Positions 51,206-62,181 of a DNA stretch of 64,000 bases are shown here, in pieces (position 1 is the first letter of the stretch; each line of letters begins with the position of its first letter). The notes below the pieces were generated by a model. It saw only the letters and a list, made by a program, of their open reading frames with translations, had not been told where the DNA came from and did not search any database. The position numbers were made by a program, and so were the translations under genes. The stretch is taken from positions 21,073,701-21,137,700 of the forward strand of contig NC_068988.1 of the NCBI RefSeq assembly GCF_001194135.2. Direction: 5' to 3'. Source of the stretch: Octopus bimaculoides. Its lineage: Eukaryota.

Positions 51206-51331
51206 ACTAACATCATTTTCCTCAACTGCGGCCATGTTTGTTGTTGTACTGAATGTTCCGTTGATCTAGAGTTCTGTCCTCTCTGCCGATCAAACATTTT
51301 ACAGAAAATCCAAGTCCAGCAACAGAGCTGA
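51206..51331 (+). CDS. LRSAM1: LRSAM1 exon 23 (C3HC4 RING, stop TGA)
   Basis: [41 protein letters not shown] (human [28 protein letters not shown]). Confidence 0.97.
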   Translation, partial: [41 protein letters not shown]

Positions 51332-52021
51332 TCACTGCCAATTTTCTTGATAATCATCATCCAAAACATTATCTCATATCCAGCCCCATTTCAGCTACTC
51401 TACAAATATGGCTAAATTGAGAATATAACCTTTCTTGTTATTGCACTTGCTTCTGCTTTACCGAAAAGTTATTGCTGCTAGCCATCTTATATTCTTCATA
51501 ATCCTAGTAACTGTCATGTTTTGACATTTCTTCCAAATTGCTTTTACCATAATTCCATTTTATATATATATAAATATATTATGTGTATTTATACTTTATA
51601 TCTTATTCAATGAGAACTTTCTTTCGAAAATTAAATTAACTATTAGAATTTCAAATAACAAAATCTGAAAAATACTCGTTCTACCAAAAGTTTGAACCTG
51701 GCTGGAATTTCCTTCCATGTTTAAATATGATTTTGGTCACATTATTAAACCAATTGTTATAAATAGCTGCCAGAACTTGAAATAGCTGCAGTATGACAAT
51801 TGGAAAGAATGCAACATTGGTACACTGGTGTTTATTTCTTTGCATGTGTTATGTGCCTTTTTTCCAGCTGTTTGTTTACATTTTTATCCACTACATTGTA
51901 TTTCATATATATCTTCTATGAACTTGAACTTGCTATGATAACTTTCAAAACAACAAATATTGAGAAATCAAATAATCTGTGATAATTCATTTTGAAATAC
52001 AACTTTCCAGAAATTTTTTCT

Positions 52022-52120
52022 AATAAATGCAGCAAATATATATCAAACAGTTAGTTGAAATGTAATTAAATAACTCAAACTAAATAAAAAAAAAATGATT
52101 AATTTATTAATTCATTTATT
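52022..52120. terminator. Cluster of poly(A) signals for both convergent genes
   Basis: AATAAA on + at 52022-52027 and 52083-52088; on - at 52103-52108 and 52115-52120. Use of these sites is inferred. Confidence 0.55.
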
Positions 52121-53794
52121 CAAAAAGTTGTTCCTTATGAAAATGGTGCATGCTAGTGAGTGCACTAGCATCTTTTGAATGATCAGGTCTCTCTGCCAAT
52201 CTTGGCAACCAACAGGGCGAGCAAGTCCATCAAATGGCTTCTACTTATATATAATATATGTACACATACAATAACTGTTCTCGTTAAAGGCGGTCACAGT
52301 TTTCAGCTTCTCTCCTCAATACTCCTTCAGCTAATTTACAGTCAGAACAGGCTCTTCTGTAGTAAAAACATGGTTCCCACAGTATCAGCAGTTTTTTCAA
52401 CCAAGAGCCTCCTACGAGAAAAAAAAAAAACATTTACTTGAGGAAAAAATGTATTCCAAAGGAGGTTTGTTACATCTATAAATCGTCTTAGTTTTCTACT
52501 CGGTAGCAGTTAACAGAAATGGTTTTCCACCTGACGTCTTTCATTTCTACAGATATTAAGAATCATTCAAGAGAATAAACTTAGGAAAAACTTTGTAATT
52601 GACTTCTTTAAAATGTTCAGAAAATAAATTCTATTATCCATAATAATAAAAAGTTTACCAGTTATTTTTTTTTAATTGTTTGAGTTATTTTTTTTTTTTT
52701 TGAAGAGTCCGAGTTTTGATCAAGCCAACAAACTGGAACAGGCCACCAAGTCAAGTCTGTGATCCACTTGGGTTCAAAAGCTTATTACTACAAATATCAA
52801 TAGTATTGTGCTTAGTCCTGAAGAAAGCAGTGGCACTATTACCATAAATTTTGGTTTATACAACTATATATGAGTCATTGTAGTCTGTAAGTGAGAGAGA
52901 TAAATCTAACCACCTCAGCTAATTCAATTATGAAATTCTCTTGAGATATTCTAGAACAAATGATGCTAATTATTTTATTTGCTAGGAATATATACAGGAA
53001 GTGAATCAAACATGCTTCTAGTTTTTAGCTGTTGCTGTACCATAACCCTGTCAGCTGTTCAAATTAAATATCAACTTTCACATTCTTAGCAGCCTAATGC
53101 CTGCAAAAGTCATGGCCCCCACCTCTTCACACCGAACTAGAATTAAAATTTTTTTTACATGAAATAATGTTTTATTGTGTCAGGTATAATACACAATGTA
53201 AAATTAGTTTTATGCCAATTATTGTTTCTTAATATGTATTGTCACACCACATGCTACTGAACAGAACATTTAGACCAAATTAAGACTCCCAGATATTCCA
53301 AAGACCTACCAAATATTAATTTTGTTACACACTATCTTAGTAGATTTATTACTATGGTGCAATAGTTCCATGACATTCCTTGTACTGCAGAGAAAAAACT
53401 AACACCTTACCAGTAACAAAAGATGTAAAAATGAATTGCATCCTAATGCCAACAGCCTTCAGCAAGTGGCATGTTGTACTACACCTGGTGTCAATAACAA
53501 AGAAAAGCTGTTCTCAGGGATTTTTCATTGCCAATGAATGCTCACTGAGCTGGAGCTGAAATTCACAGCTCAGATCACAAAACCAGCAACTAATGCAGCA
53601 TGGTTCACTCTGGTACTAAAACTACTTTTGAGAAGTAGTGTTCACCCTGCAAAACTGGAACTACAAGTATCTCAAGTGCTGCATCTTTCCATGCATGCCC
53701 TACACATGGCAAAAGATTCTTGGCATAGATATCCATCAGATCAAATACACAATCCAATCCTAAATCAAGGTCATTTTCCAACAATAAATCTTAC

Positions 53795-53979
53795 CTCATC
53801 ATCTGTTTCAATATAGTCTTCATCTTTAGAGTCCAGTTCTTCTTCCTCCATACTTCCATCTTCTTCTTCATCCTCATTCTCATCACCTTCCTCTTCATCA
53901 TCTATCACAATAGTCTCCTCTTTAGCTTTCCTCCTCTTCTCAGAGGCTTCCTTCTTTCCTTGTTGTTCTCTGCGGAATG
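53795..53979 (-). CDS. POLE3: POLE3 exon 4 (basic stretch + acidic tail); true C-terminus unresolved
   Basis: (S)FRREQQGKKEASEKRRKAKEETIVIDDEEEGDENEDEEEDGSMEEEELDSKDEDYIETDDE (human AYRREQKGKKEASEQKKK); tttgcag / GTAAGA. Confidence 0.94.
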
Positions 53980-54589
53980 CTGCAAATACAACCAACCCAA
54001 TAATTCAACTGAGGCATAAATTATTTTTCATATTCATCAACATATTTTTGATAACTGTAAAGGTCTCAGGCCATTAGAAAATTTGCCTCAACTAACTCCA
54101 TCTAACCCATGCAAGCATGAGAAATTGGACGTGAGAATGATGGTAATCAAAGGCTCAGCATGAAGGGGCAAAAGGTGTTTTAAGTTACTTTTTTCAATTT
54201 AGTAAACAACCAATCACAAAGACAGATTTGTTGATAATAAATTTATCAAACTCACATGTTCAACCCTTAAAGATTTAGGACTTATGTTCACCTCTGCAAT
54301 CCCTTAGGCCCTTATGACAGAATATACCATTTAAGATTTTTAAAACATCTGCAAATTTACAAAACTTGTAGATAATCATTTCCCAATGCTTCAATTCTAA
54401 CAATTACTATAAAATTTCAGCAATAAATACAAAATAACTGTTGTTAATTTCCTTCGTTTCAACTTTTAATTCGCTATTTGCAAACAACTATGATAAATTA
54501 CTGAAAGGAATATTTAAATATTCCATACAAGATAGTTTTTAACAAGCTTTTATTTATACGATTTTCTCATTTCATGTCTATTTCATTCA

Positions 54590-55217
54590 TCATCATCGTT
54601 TAACGTCCGCTTTCAATGCTAGCATGGGTTGGACAATTTGACTGAGGACTGGTGAAACCAGATGGCTATACCAGGCTCCAATCTGATTTGGCAGAGTTTC
54701 TACAGCTGGATGCCCTTCCTAACACCAACCACTCCGAGAGTGTAGTGGGTGCTTTTACGTGCCACCGGCACGAAGGTCAGTCAGGCGGTACTGGCAACGG
54801 CCACACTCAAAGTGGTGTATTTTATGTGCCACCCGCACAAGAGCCAGTCCAGAGGCACTGGCAACGATCTTGCTCAAAAGTTCTTACACATGCTGCGGGC
54901 ACAAGTGCCAGAAAGGCGACGCTGGGCACAGGTGCCATCACGATTTCGCTTGCCCCAACAGGTCTTTGCAAGCTGAGTTTCGTGTCCAATGAAGGAGACG
55001 ACGTTGGCATGGGTGCCAGTTGTTGAATTTAGTTCGATTTCAATTTCACTTGCCTCAACAGGTCTTCGCAAGCGGAGTTTAGTGTCCAATGAAGGAAAGG
55101 TACGCATAAGTGGGCTGGCAGAGGCCTTGGATTTAGGTCTCACTTGGCTTGCCGGGTCTTCTCACGCACAGCATATTTCCAGAGGTCTTGGTCAGAAGTC
55201 ATCGCCTCGGTGAGGCC
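54590..55217 (-). mobile_element. RTE LINE 3' end, reverse orientation
   Basis: Minus-strand GLTEAMTSDQDLWKYAVREKTRQAK*, followed by the same UTR and (GAT)n tail. Confidence 0.85.
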
Positions 55218-55292
55218 CCACTTCTTTCTCACACATACACACACTCACACGTTTTTGTACGTACGTTTGTATACATTTATGTATGTATGTAT

Positions 55293-55327
<35 letters not shown>

Positions 55328-55818
55328 TCAGTCAGTCAAGGGGTGTGTTGTCATGTATATGTACATACATCAATACATATGCATACATCTATTTTGTATG
55401 TATGTATGCATGTATGTAAGACAGAGAGAGAGGGATGTCTAAGTGGCACTCACTCTATCACACACACATATTTATTTATGTATGTACGTATACATACATA
55501 CATAAATCTCTCTCTTTCCCATGTCCATTTCATCTGATGTTTGATACTGTGTATGTGTGCACACGTGTGTGGGGCATTCCCCAATTACCATTTCTTTCAA
55601 TCGCTCTTGTGAAGATATTCACATAACTCATTTTTTCATTTAAATTCCCAATGTTCTCACTCTCTCCAAGAGGAGTCAGGGTAGATGTAGATGATCAGTA
55701 TTCTCCAGTGAAGCAAAGACGAGTACAGGTAGCCAGAGTCAATGTTAGCTTCTATAAACAAAGGCTTAGATGCTGCAACATACACTCCTATGCAGAATGG
55801 CTGCCTGAATTGGAAAGT

Positions 55819-56196
55819 TGTTGTTGTTGGCACTCCGTGACTTACGACGTCGAGGGTTCCAGTTGATCCGATCAACGGAACAGCCTGCTCGTGAAATTAA
55901 CGTGCAAGTGGCTGAGCATTCCACAGACACGTGTACCCTTAACGTAGTTCTCGGGGATATTCAGCGTGACAAGGCTGGCCCTTTGAATTACAGGCACAAC
56001 AGAAACAGGAAGTAAGAGTGAGAGAAAGTTGTGGTGGAAGAGTACAGCAGGGTTCGCCACCATCCCCTGCTGGAGCCTCGTGGAGCTTTTAGGTGTTTCG
56101 TTCAATAAACACTCACAACGCCCAGTCTGGGAATCGAAACCGCGATCGTATGACCGCAAGTCCGCTGCCCTAACCACTAGGCCATTGCGCCTCCAC
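55819..56196 (-). mobile_element. SINE family D, full-length, reverse
   Basis: 12-bp TSD GAATTGGAAAGT (55807-55818, 56197-56208); (CAA)n tail. Confidence 0.9.
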
Positions 56197-56393
56197 GAAT
56201 TGGAAAGTACAACAGATGTTATTACAAGAAAGGCTCCTAGTTTGAGACTAGCTTGAATGGATATATATATATNNNNNNNNNNGTATGACCGCAAGTCCGC
56301 TGCCCTAACCACTAGGCCATTGCGCCTCCACGAATTGGAAAGTACAACAGATGTTATTACAAGAAAGGCTCCTAGTTTGAGACTAGCTTGAAT

Positions 56394-56429
<36 letters not shown>

Positions 56430-57769
56430 GGCCGAAGTTCAAACAGATTAAAATGCAGTGTAAATGTAAACACTGGAAGTTAAATTTTTACATCTCCAAA
56501 GATAAAGTTCATCATCTTCAGTTTTATGCCTATGTCCACTTTTTCCATACTGCTTACAAGTTAGACAAGACATCTTGAAGCAGTATTCTACAATCAGATG
56601 CCTCTACTGATGCCAGCTTGTTTTCAAGTAAGATATTTTACATCACATCTTTGCATGTCAGGCTGTTGTTAAAGGTTTTATTTAACTTATGAGGGTTACA
56701 AACATTACTGCTGCCAAATGGAATTAATGTGGAGAAGTGTGAAAACACACAAATCACACATGGGCTTCCATGCAGGTTTTGCCAACCAAATTTCATTCAC
56801 TAGTGATTGGTCAATCTGGGGTTACAGAACAAGACGTGCAAGGTGCCATGCATATGTCTTCTATTATAGCCTCAGGCTGACCAATGCCTTGTAAGTGAAG
56901 TTTAGTAAACATATACTGAATGGAATTCCTTTTTAATACATCCTACATACTAAATGAAAAGTTCTGTTGATGTCTCTGTCCATTACACTACATGGATCTT
57001 AGTGAACCCTAATCAGTTGGTGACCACTTGACCCTGTATAAATTTCTATTACATAATATAATTTATATCTACCTACCTACATGCACATTCATGATGTGTT
57101 GGAGCAGGTGCCCCCACCTTACAGACACGATAATATCACAATAAATTGTATTAAGATGATAGTAATAATAATGGTTTCAAAATTTGGCATAAGGCCAGTA
57201 ATTTTAGGGAGGAGTGGTCAGTTGTATGAATATATATTTTATGATTAAACTAGGTCATTATCCATCACTACCGGTATCAGTAAAAATATTTGTTAATCAT
57301 GCATGTACCTTCATAAACTGTCCAAAGAGAAAGTCTTTTACTAACGCCTGTCCAGTACAGCCAGTAGACTATTATACAGTGAAAGACTTTTTTCAAAGTC
57401 AGTGTTGCATTGTGTTGATAGACTTGTACTTAAAATTCCAGCATTTTCATCAAAACTTGTTACTATGGTGACAACACTACCTAGCTATCTTTCACACACA
57501 CACTCACTGTATTTCTTTCTCAACAACAGCAACTTTTTCTCTTCCCTTTCCACATGTCTTTTATAACATAAGTTTTAAAAATAACTATGAAGTTAAAATA
57601 AAGATTCATATTATATGTTTGAGAGGATTTATAAAGTTCACTGATTAGTTATTGTTAGTTGTGTTTATGCAACCTCTTGAAAGAAGCAAAAAAAAAATTT
57701 GATGTTTTCCCCAGTGCAGCATAGCAAGTGACCTTGCTAGTAATACAAACAGAACAATGTTTTACTTAC

Positions 57770-57888
57770 AATCTAGACATAACTTCAAAGGGTCTAAAAA
57801 CTGATCAAACTCCATGTCCTGCATGGCTGACAACACATCCTGAGCATTGATGGTTTTCCTCTTTGACCTTAATGCAAAATTATTGGAA
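57770..57888 (-). CDS. POLE3: POLE3 exon 3 (histone fold)
   Basis: [39 protein letters not shown]; 97-nt preceding intron; gtttcag / GTAAGT; 119 nt. Confidence 0.97.
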
Positions 57889-57985
57889 CTGAAACAGTAA
57901 AGAAAGAGTTTCAGGTTCAAAAGGCAGCGGGCTGGAAATGGGAGAATAAATAACAAATAAGACAAACGTCTGATACAATGCTTAC

Positions 57986-58071
57986 CAAGATGTAGCATAG
58001 AGAACAAAAACACTGGCTGCTTTGGAAATGGCTAATCGAGCCTCTTTTGATACATTCACACCGTCAGGTAT
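57986..58071 (-). CDS. POLE3: POLE3 exon 2 (histone fold)
   Basis: [28 protein letters not shown](C); ttttttcag / GTAAGC; 86 nt. Confidence 0.97.
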
Positions 58072-59839
58072 CTGAAAAAAGAATATAGTAGGAATAAAGA
58101 GATGAAACTACCTCCGACAAATGTTAGTCCTTCAGCATTCAGATTACTGTCAAAGGCAAAATTACTATTATAACTATTATTATTATTATTATTATCATTA
58201 TTATTATTATCATAATAATTATTGGACTTATTTGCCAAAAAAAAAAAAAAAAAANNNNNNNNNNAAAAAAAAAAATCATTGTTATTTTTTTTTTCTATTC
58301 TCTTTCGATGATGCAGTTATTTTTTTGTACACCTGACAATAAATAGTGTTGATGTTGCTATCGTTGTTGTTGACAATTTGATGCTGTTAAATTATATTGC
58401 TATTATTATCATTCTTGTAATAATTGTTATTGGTTGGCGTTAGGAAGGGCATCCAGCTGTAGAAACTCTGCCAAATCAGATTGGAGCCTGGAGTAGTCAT
58501 CTGGTTTCACCAGTCCTCAGTCAAATCGTCCAACCCATGCTAGCATGGAAAGCGGACATTAAACGACGATGATGATGATGATGTTTATCTATTTAGATTG
58601 TTTTGAATTAATCATGGCTGATCACATAGCTTTGATATTTCAATATGATTGCTAATTTTTAGCATGACCAGTTTACAGTTTACATGGTCATTGCCAGTGC
58701 TAGTGGCACGTAAAAGTACCCACTACACTCTAAGAGTGGTTGGCATTAGGAAGGGCATCAAGCTATAGAAACTTTGCCAGATCAGATTGAGCCTGGTACA
58801 ACCTACTGGCTTGCCAGTCCTCAGTCAAACCGTCCTACCCATGCCAGCATGGAAAGCGGACGTAAAACGATGATGATGATGTGATAGCATGCCATGTTTT
58901 GAGCACAACAAACCTCACCAGAACGTATCTTCATTAGACAAAAACTGTGTTGTATAAACAGAATAAACACTTCGCTATTGATACTTTGATTTTCATTAGT
59001 AATTCGAACAAAAATACAGGAAAACCTTGTGCTAAAATGGCGATGGTTATATATATTTTTTTTAATGTTAAATCCAGGTGATAGTATAGTTTCATTTTGA
59101 AAGTTTCCACACTATTTCTGATGGCCCAATTTTCACTCAAAATGTGGAGTGCAACAGAAACGAAACCTGAATCATGTAAACTTTCCAACTACGGGGCTAC
59201 ATCTGTCTTAATGAAATGCAATAACTGCGAGGGTAAACAACTGGGCTTGTGACCAAATGGTCGCAAGATCAGATTCTGGAATATATAGTCCAACCCATGC
59301 AAGTTTGGAAGGCAGACATTAAATGATGAACGAAAAAAATTAATAGCTAAATGGCGGTGCTCCAGCATGGCCACAGTCAAATGACTGAAACAAGTAAAAG
59401 AGCTCCTGCAGTGTGATTGTGAAGAAGGGTACATAACTCTGATTGCGCTAATCTTCCACAGGCAGCATCCCCTTCCACAGTCATGGGCATCAAAACCTAC
59501 TCACTCCCACAAAGCTGATCCTGATTGATTAGATCTGATTAAAAGCACTCCTACCATGACCATCTCATCTTTATTTCCAGATATAGTATAGTTCATACTA
59601 CATTATCCAATATGATCTTCATTTTAACAGGTAGTAGTGAATGTCTAGAGACAGCTCTGGTTACTATTTCTAGAAGACCGATAAGCTGCACAGAAGATCC
59701 ATCATCGGTTCTAAGTGGCTAGCAGTAGGAATGACATACCATGCTGTCAAAATCAATCGCTCCAATAAATAAACCAGATCCACCCAAGCAGTAAATGTCG
59801 AAAATAATTTAAGCTCTTTACAGATTTCCTCAATGGCAC

Positions 59840-60590
59840 TAGTATGGTCATGTGTTTCATATGGATGAAGACAGCTGTATGATGAAGCGCACATGCTAAC
59901 TGTGGAAAGAACCTGTGGAAGCAGTAGACCCAGGAAGACATGGAATGAGGTGGTGAAGCATGACCTTCGAACATTGGGCCTCACAGAGCCAATGACAGGA
60001 GACAGAGACCTTTGGAGATATGCTGTGATTGAGAAGACCCAGCAATTAAAGTGAGATCGCAGCTGTGGCCAATGCCAGTGTTGCATGTCTGGCCCATTTA
60101 AAAGTACCCTCGATGCGTTGGATGATATGATATGCTTGCGAAGACCTGTTGAGTCAAGTAAAATCAAAATCGTAGTTGTGGCCTGTGCTCCCTGACTGGC
60201 TCCTATGCCGGTGGCACGTAAAATGTACCATCTAAACATGGTCGATGCCAGTGCCCCCTGACTGCTTCTCGTGCCGATGGCATGTAAAAAGCAGCACCCA
60301 AATGTGGTCAATGTCAGTGCCCTCTGATTGGCTCTTGTGCCAGTGGTACGTAAAAAGCATTATTCAAACATGATCGATGCCAGGGTTGCCTGAGTGGCTC
60401 CTGTGCCGGTGGCACATAAAAAACACCCACTGCACTCCTGAGTGGTTGGCATTAGGAAGGGCATCCAGCTGTAGAAACATTGCCAGATCAGATTGGAGCC
60501 TGGTGCAGTCGCTGGCTTTCCAGACATCAGTCAAAACGTCCAACCCATGCCAGCAAGGAAAACGGATGTTAAACGATGATGATGATATAT
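59840..60590 (+). mobile_element. RTE LINE 3' end (ORF2 end, 3' UTR with GTGCCGGTGGCAC repeats, (GAT)n tail)
   Basis: WYGHVFHMDED...RPRKTWNEVVKHDLRTLGLTEPMTGDRDLWRYAVIEKTQQ, then UTR ending gttaaacgatgatgatg. Confidence 0.85.
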
Positions 60591-60926
60591 AAATATACAT
60601 GACAGGCTTCTTTCAGTTTCCATCTACCAAATCCACTCACAAGGCTTTGTTCAGCCCAAAGCTACAGTAGAAGACACTTGCCCAAGGTGCCATGCAGTAG
60701 GACTGAACCCGGAACCTTGTTGTTGGGAAGCAAGCTTTTTACCACACAGCCACATCCATTTCATTATGTATTAATGAAAAATTACTTCACAATGCCTGAC
60801 TCAAAATTCAAACCCTATTTTTTTATATTATCTTTGTGAAACTGGATGATGGGAGAAGGGCATAAAATATAATTGTATAAAATGAAATAAACATCACATG
60901 AAAACGTTAAGTAATGAATAACTCAC

Positions 60927-60992
60927 GGCTTCCTTGATAATTCTTGTAATAACAGCATTTGGCAAATTTAGATCTTCAGGTCGCTCTGCCAT
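60927..60992 (-). CDS. POLE3: POLE3 / CHRAC17 coding exon 1
   Basis: [22 protein letters not shown], identical to the human N-terminus as I recall it; donor GTGAGT; 66 nt. Confidence 0.97.
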
Positions 60993-61265
60993 TGTACACT
61001 AGGGCATCAATTGTTTACCTGCAAACATAAACTGTATATTAGCATTCTGTATAGGACACAAGATAGAGAAATAAGGCTGTAGCTTCCCTGGAGCTGAAAT
61101 AACTTTACCTGAAAAAAAAAAAATTTTTTTTTGATTTATTACAAGTAACATAATAATTTAATAAAAGAACAGCCCATTTGCTAAGCAAGTGCCAGAGAAA
61201 CATTTATGGAAGTAATTTGCTTCTGGCTGATCTGAAAATGGTAAATGAAGGGACACCAAGAAAAA

Positions 61266-61858
61266 TTTGGGATCTTTCTGATTTGGCGGGCGCCACTTTT
61301 TATTTATGTTTTATCTACCAAACGCCTTTAAAACTTCGTATACTTGTATATTTTGTCTTATAGAACATAGAAAAATTTTTATATTTGAAGTTATTTCATG
61401 TTAAAAGTTGTCGACAAATCGGTAATTTCAACCAATCACTGACATCTATTCAGCTGAATACGGTTACTGCTGTTCTTTGTCAACAATAATTTGTGGCAGT
61501 GTATATATCGTTAGTCCCTGGTAATCCTTTTGAATTAAGCACCAACCCTAACTCTAAAACCCGAACCCTAACCCTAAAACCAGTACAAACGCACGAACAA
61601 TGTCATAAATAACAGTACCGCCGATAATTGTTGTTGACAAACAACGGCAGTAATTGTTTTCACCTCAATAGACGTCAGTGATTGGTTGAAATTAGCGAAA
61701 TACGACATCTTTTAACATGAAATAACTTGCAATATAGAAACTTTTCTTAACAAGGCTAAGAGAAAAAGATGTTTTATATGACACATTCTACCAGTATCCC
61801 AAGTTCAAAAGTGCTTCGTTAGAAAACAAATGGTGCCTGCCAAATCAGAAAGATCCAA
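61266..61858. mobile_element. Foldback element (about 235-bp inverted arms) with a (TAACCC)-like core
   Basis: GGGATCTTTCTGATTTGGCGGGCGCCA... is inversely matched by ...TGGTGCCTGCCAAATCAGAAAGATCC; arms stay alignable through TTTCAACCAATCACTGAC; centre 61543-61580 has aaccctaa repeats. Confidence 0.8.
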
Positions 61859-62122
61859 AATCTGTAATGCATAGATCTATGCATGTGGTTTGTCAAATAT
61901 GTAACTCTTGGAATATCAACAGAATGTAATGTCACCTTTCAGTAAGTACATTAACATTCAGTGCTTCAACAGGTATTGTGTAATTACTAGATTTCATACA
62001 TTTGACACAGTCCAAGTATAGAAATAAAAACATCATATGATGAATGATGCAATAGAAGTAATGTAACCAAGAACAAACAATAAAAGAAATAATACATCAT
62101 GTATTTGCTAAAGTATCCGTTG

Positions 62123-62181
62123 AGCAAAGTGGCACAGTGAAAGCATGCTGGGCCCATAACCCAGAGGTTCATAGATCAAAA
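62123..62181 (+). pseudogene. Initiator tRNA-Met (CAT) pseudogene, 3' end lost
   Basis: AGCAAAGTGGCACAGTGAAAGCATGCTGGGCCCATAACCCAGAGGTTCATAGATCAAAA versus eukaryotic tRNAi AGCAGAGTGGCGCAGCGGAAGCGTGCTGGGCCCATAACCCAGAGGTCGATGGATCGAAACC. Anticodon arm intact (CAT 62155-62157); T-arm 3' side and acceptor 3' strand missing. Confidence 0.88.

Larger units (their letters stand above)
7215..58264. other. Assembly gaps at 7215-7495, 13401-13410, 14383-14392, 28583-28667, 35936-35945, 36742-36851, 56273-56282, 58255-58264
   Basis: N runs, mostly at microsatellites or repeats. Confidence 0.98.

Noticed and set aside
55872-56429. 185-aa ORF with an internal repeat
   Set aside because: SINE sequence plus an artefactual duplication across a gap
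59670-60311. 213-aa minus-strand ORF
   Set aside because: Antisense shadow of an RTE LINE 3' end
61543-61580. Telomere or telomerase template
   Set aside because: Only a few degenerate units, lying inside a foldback element
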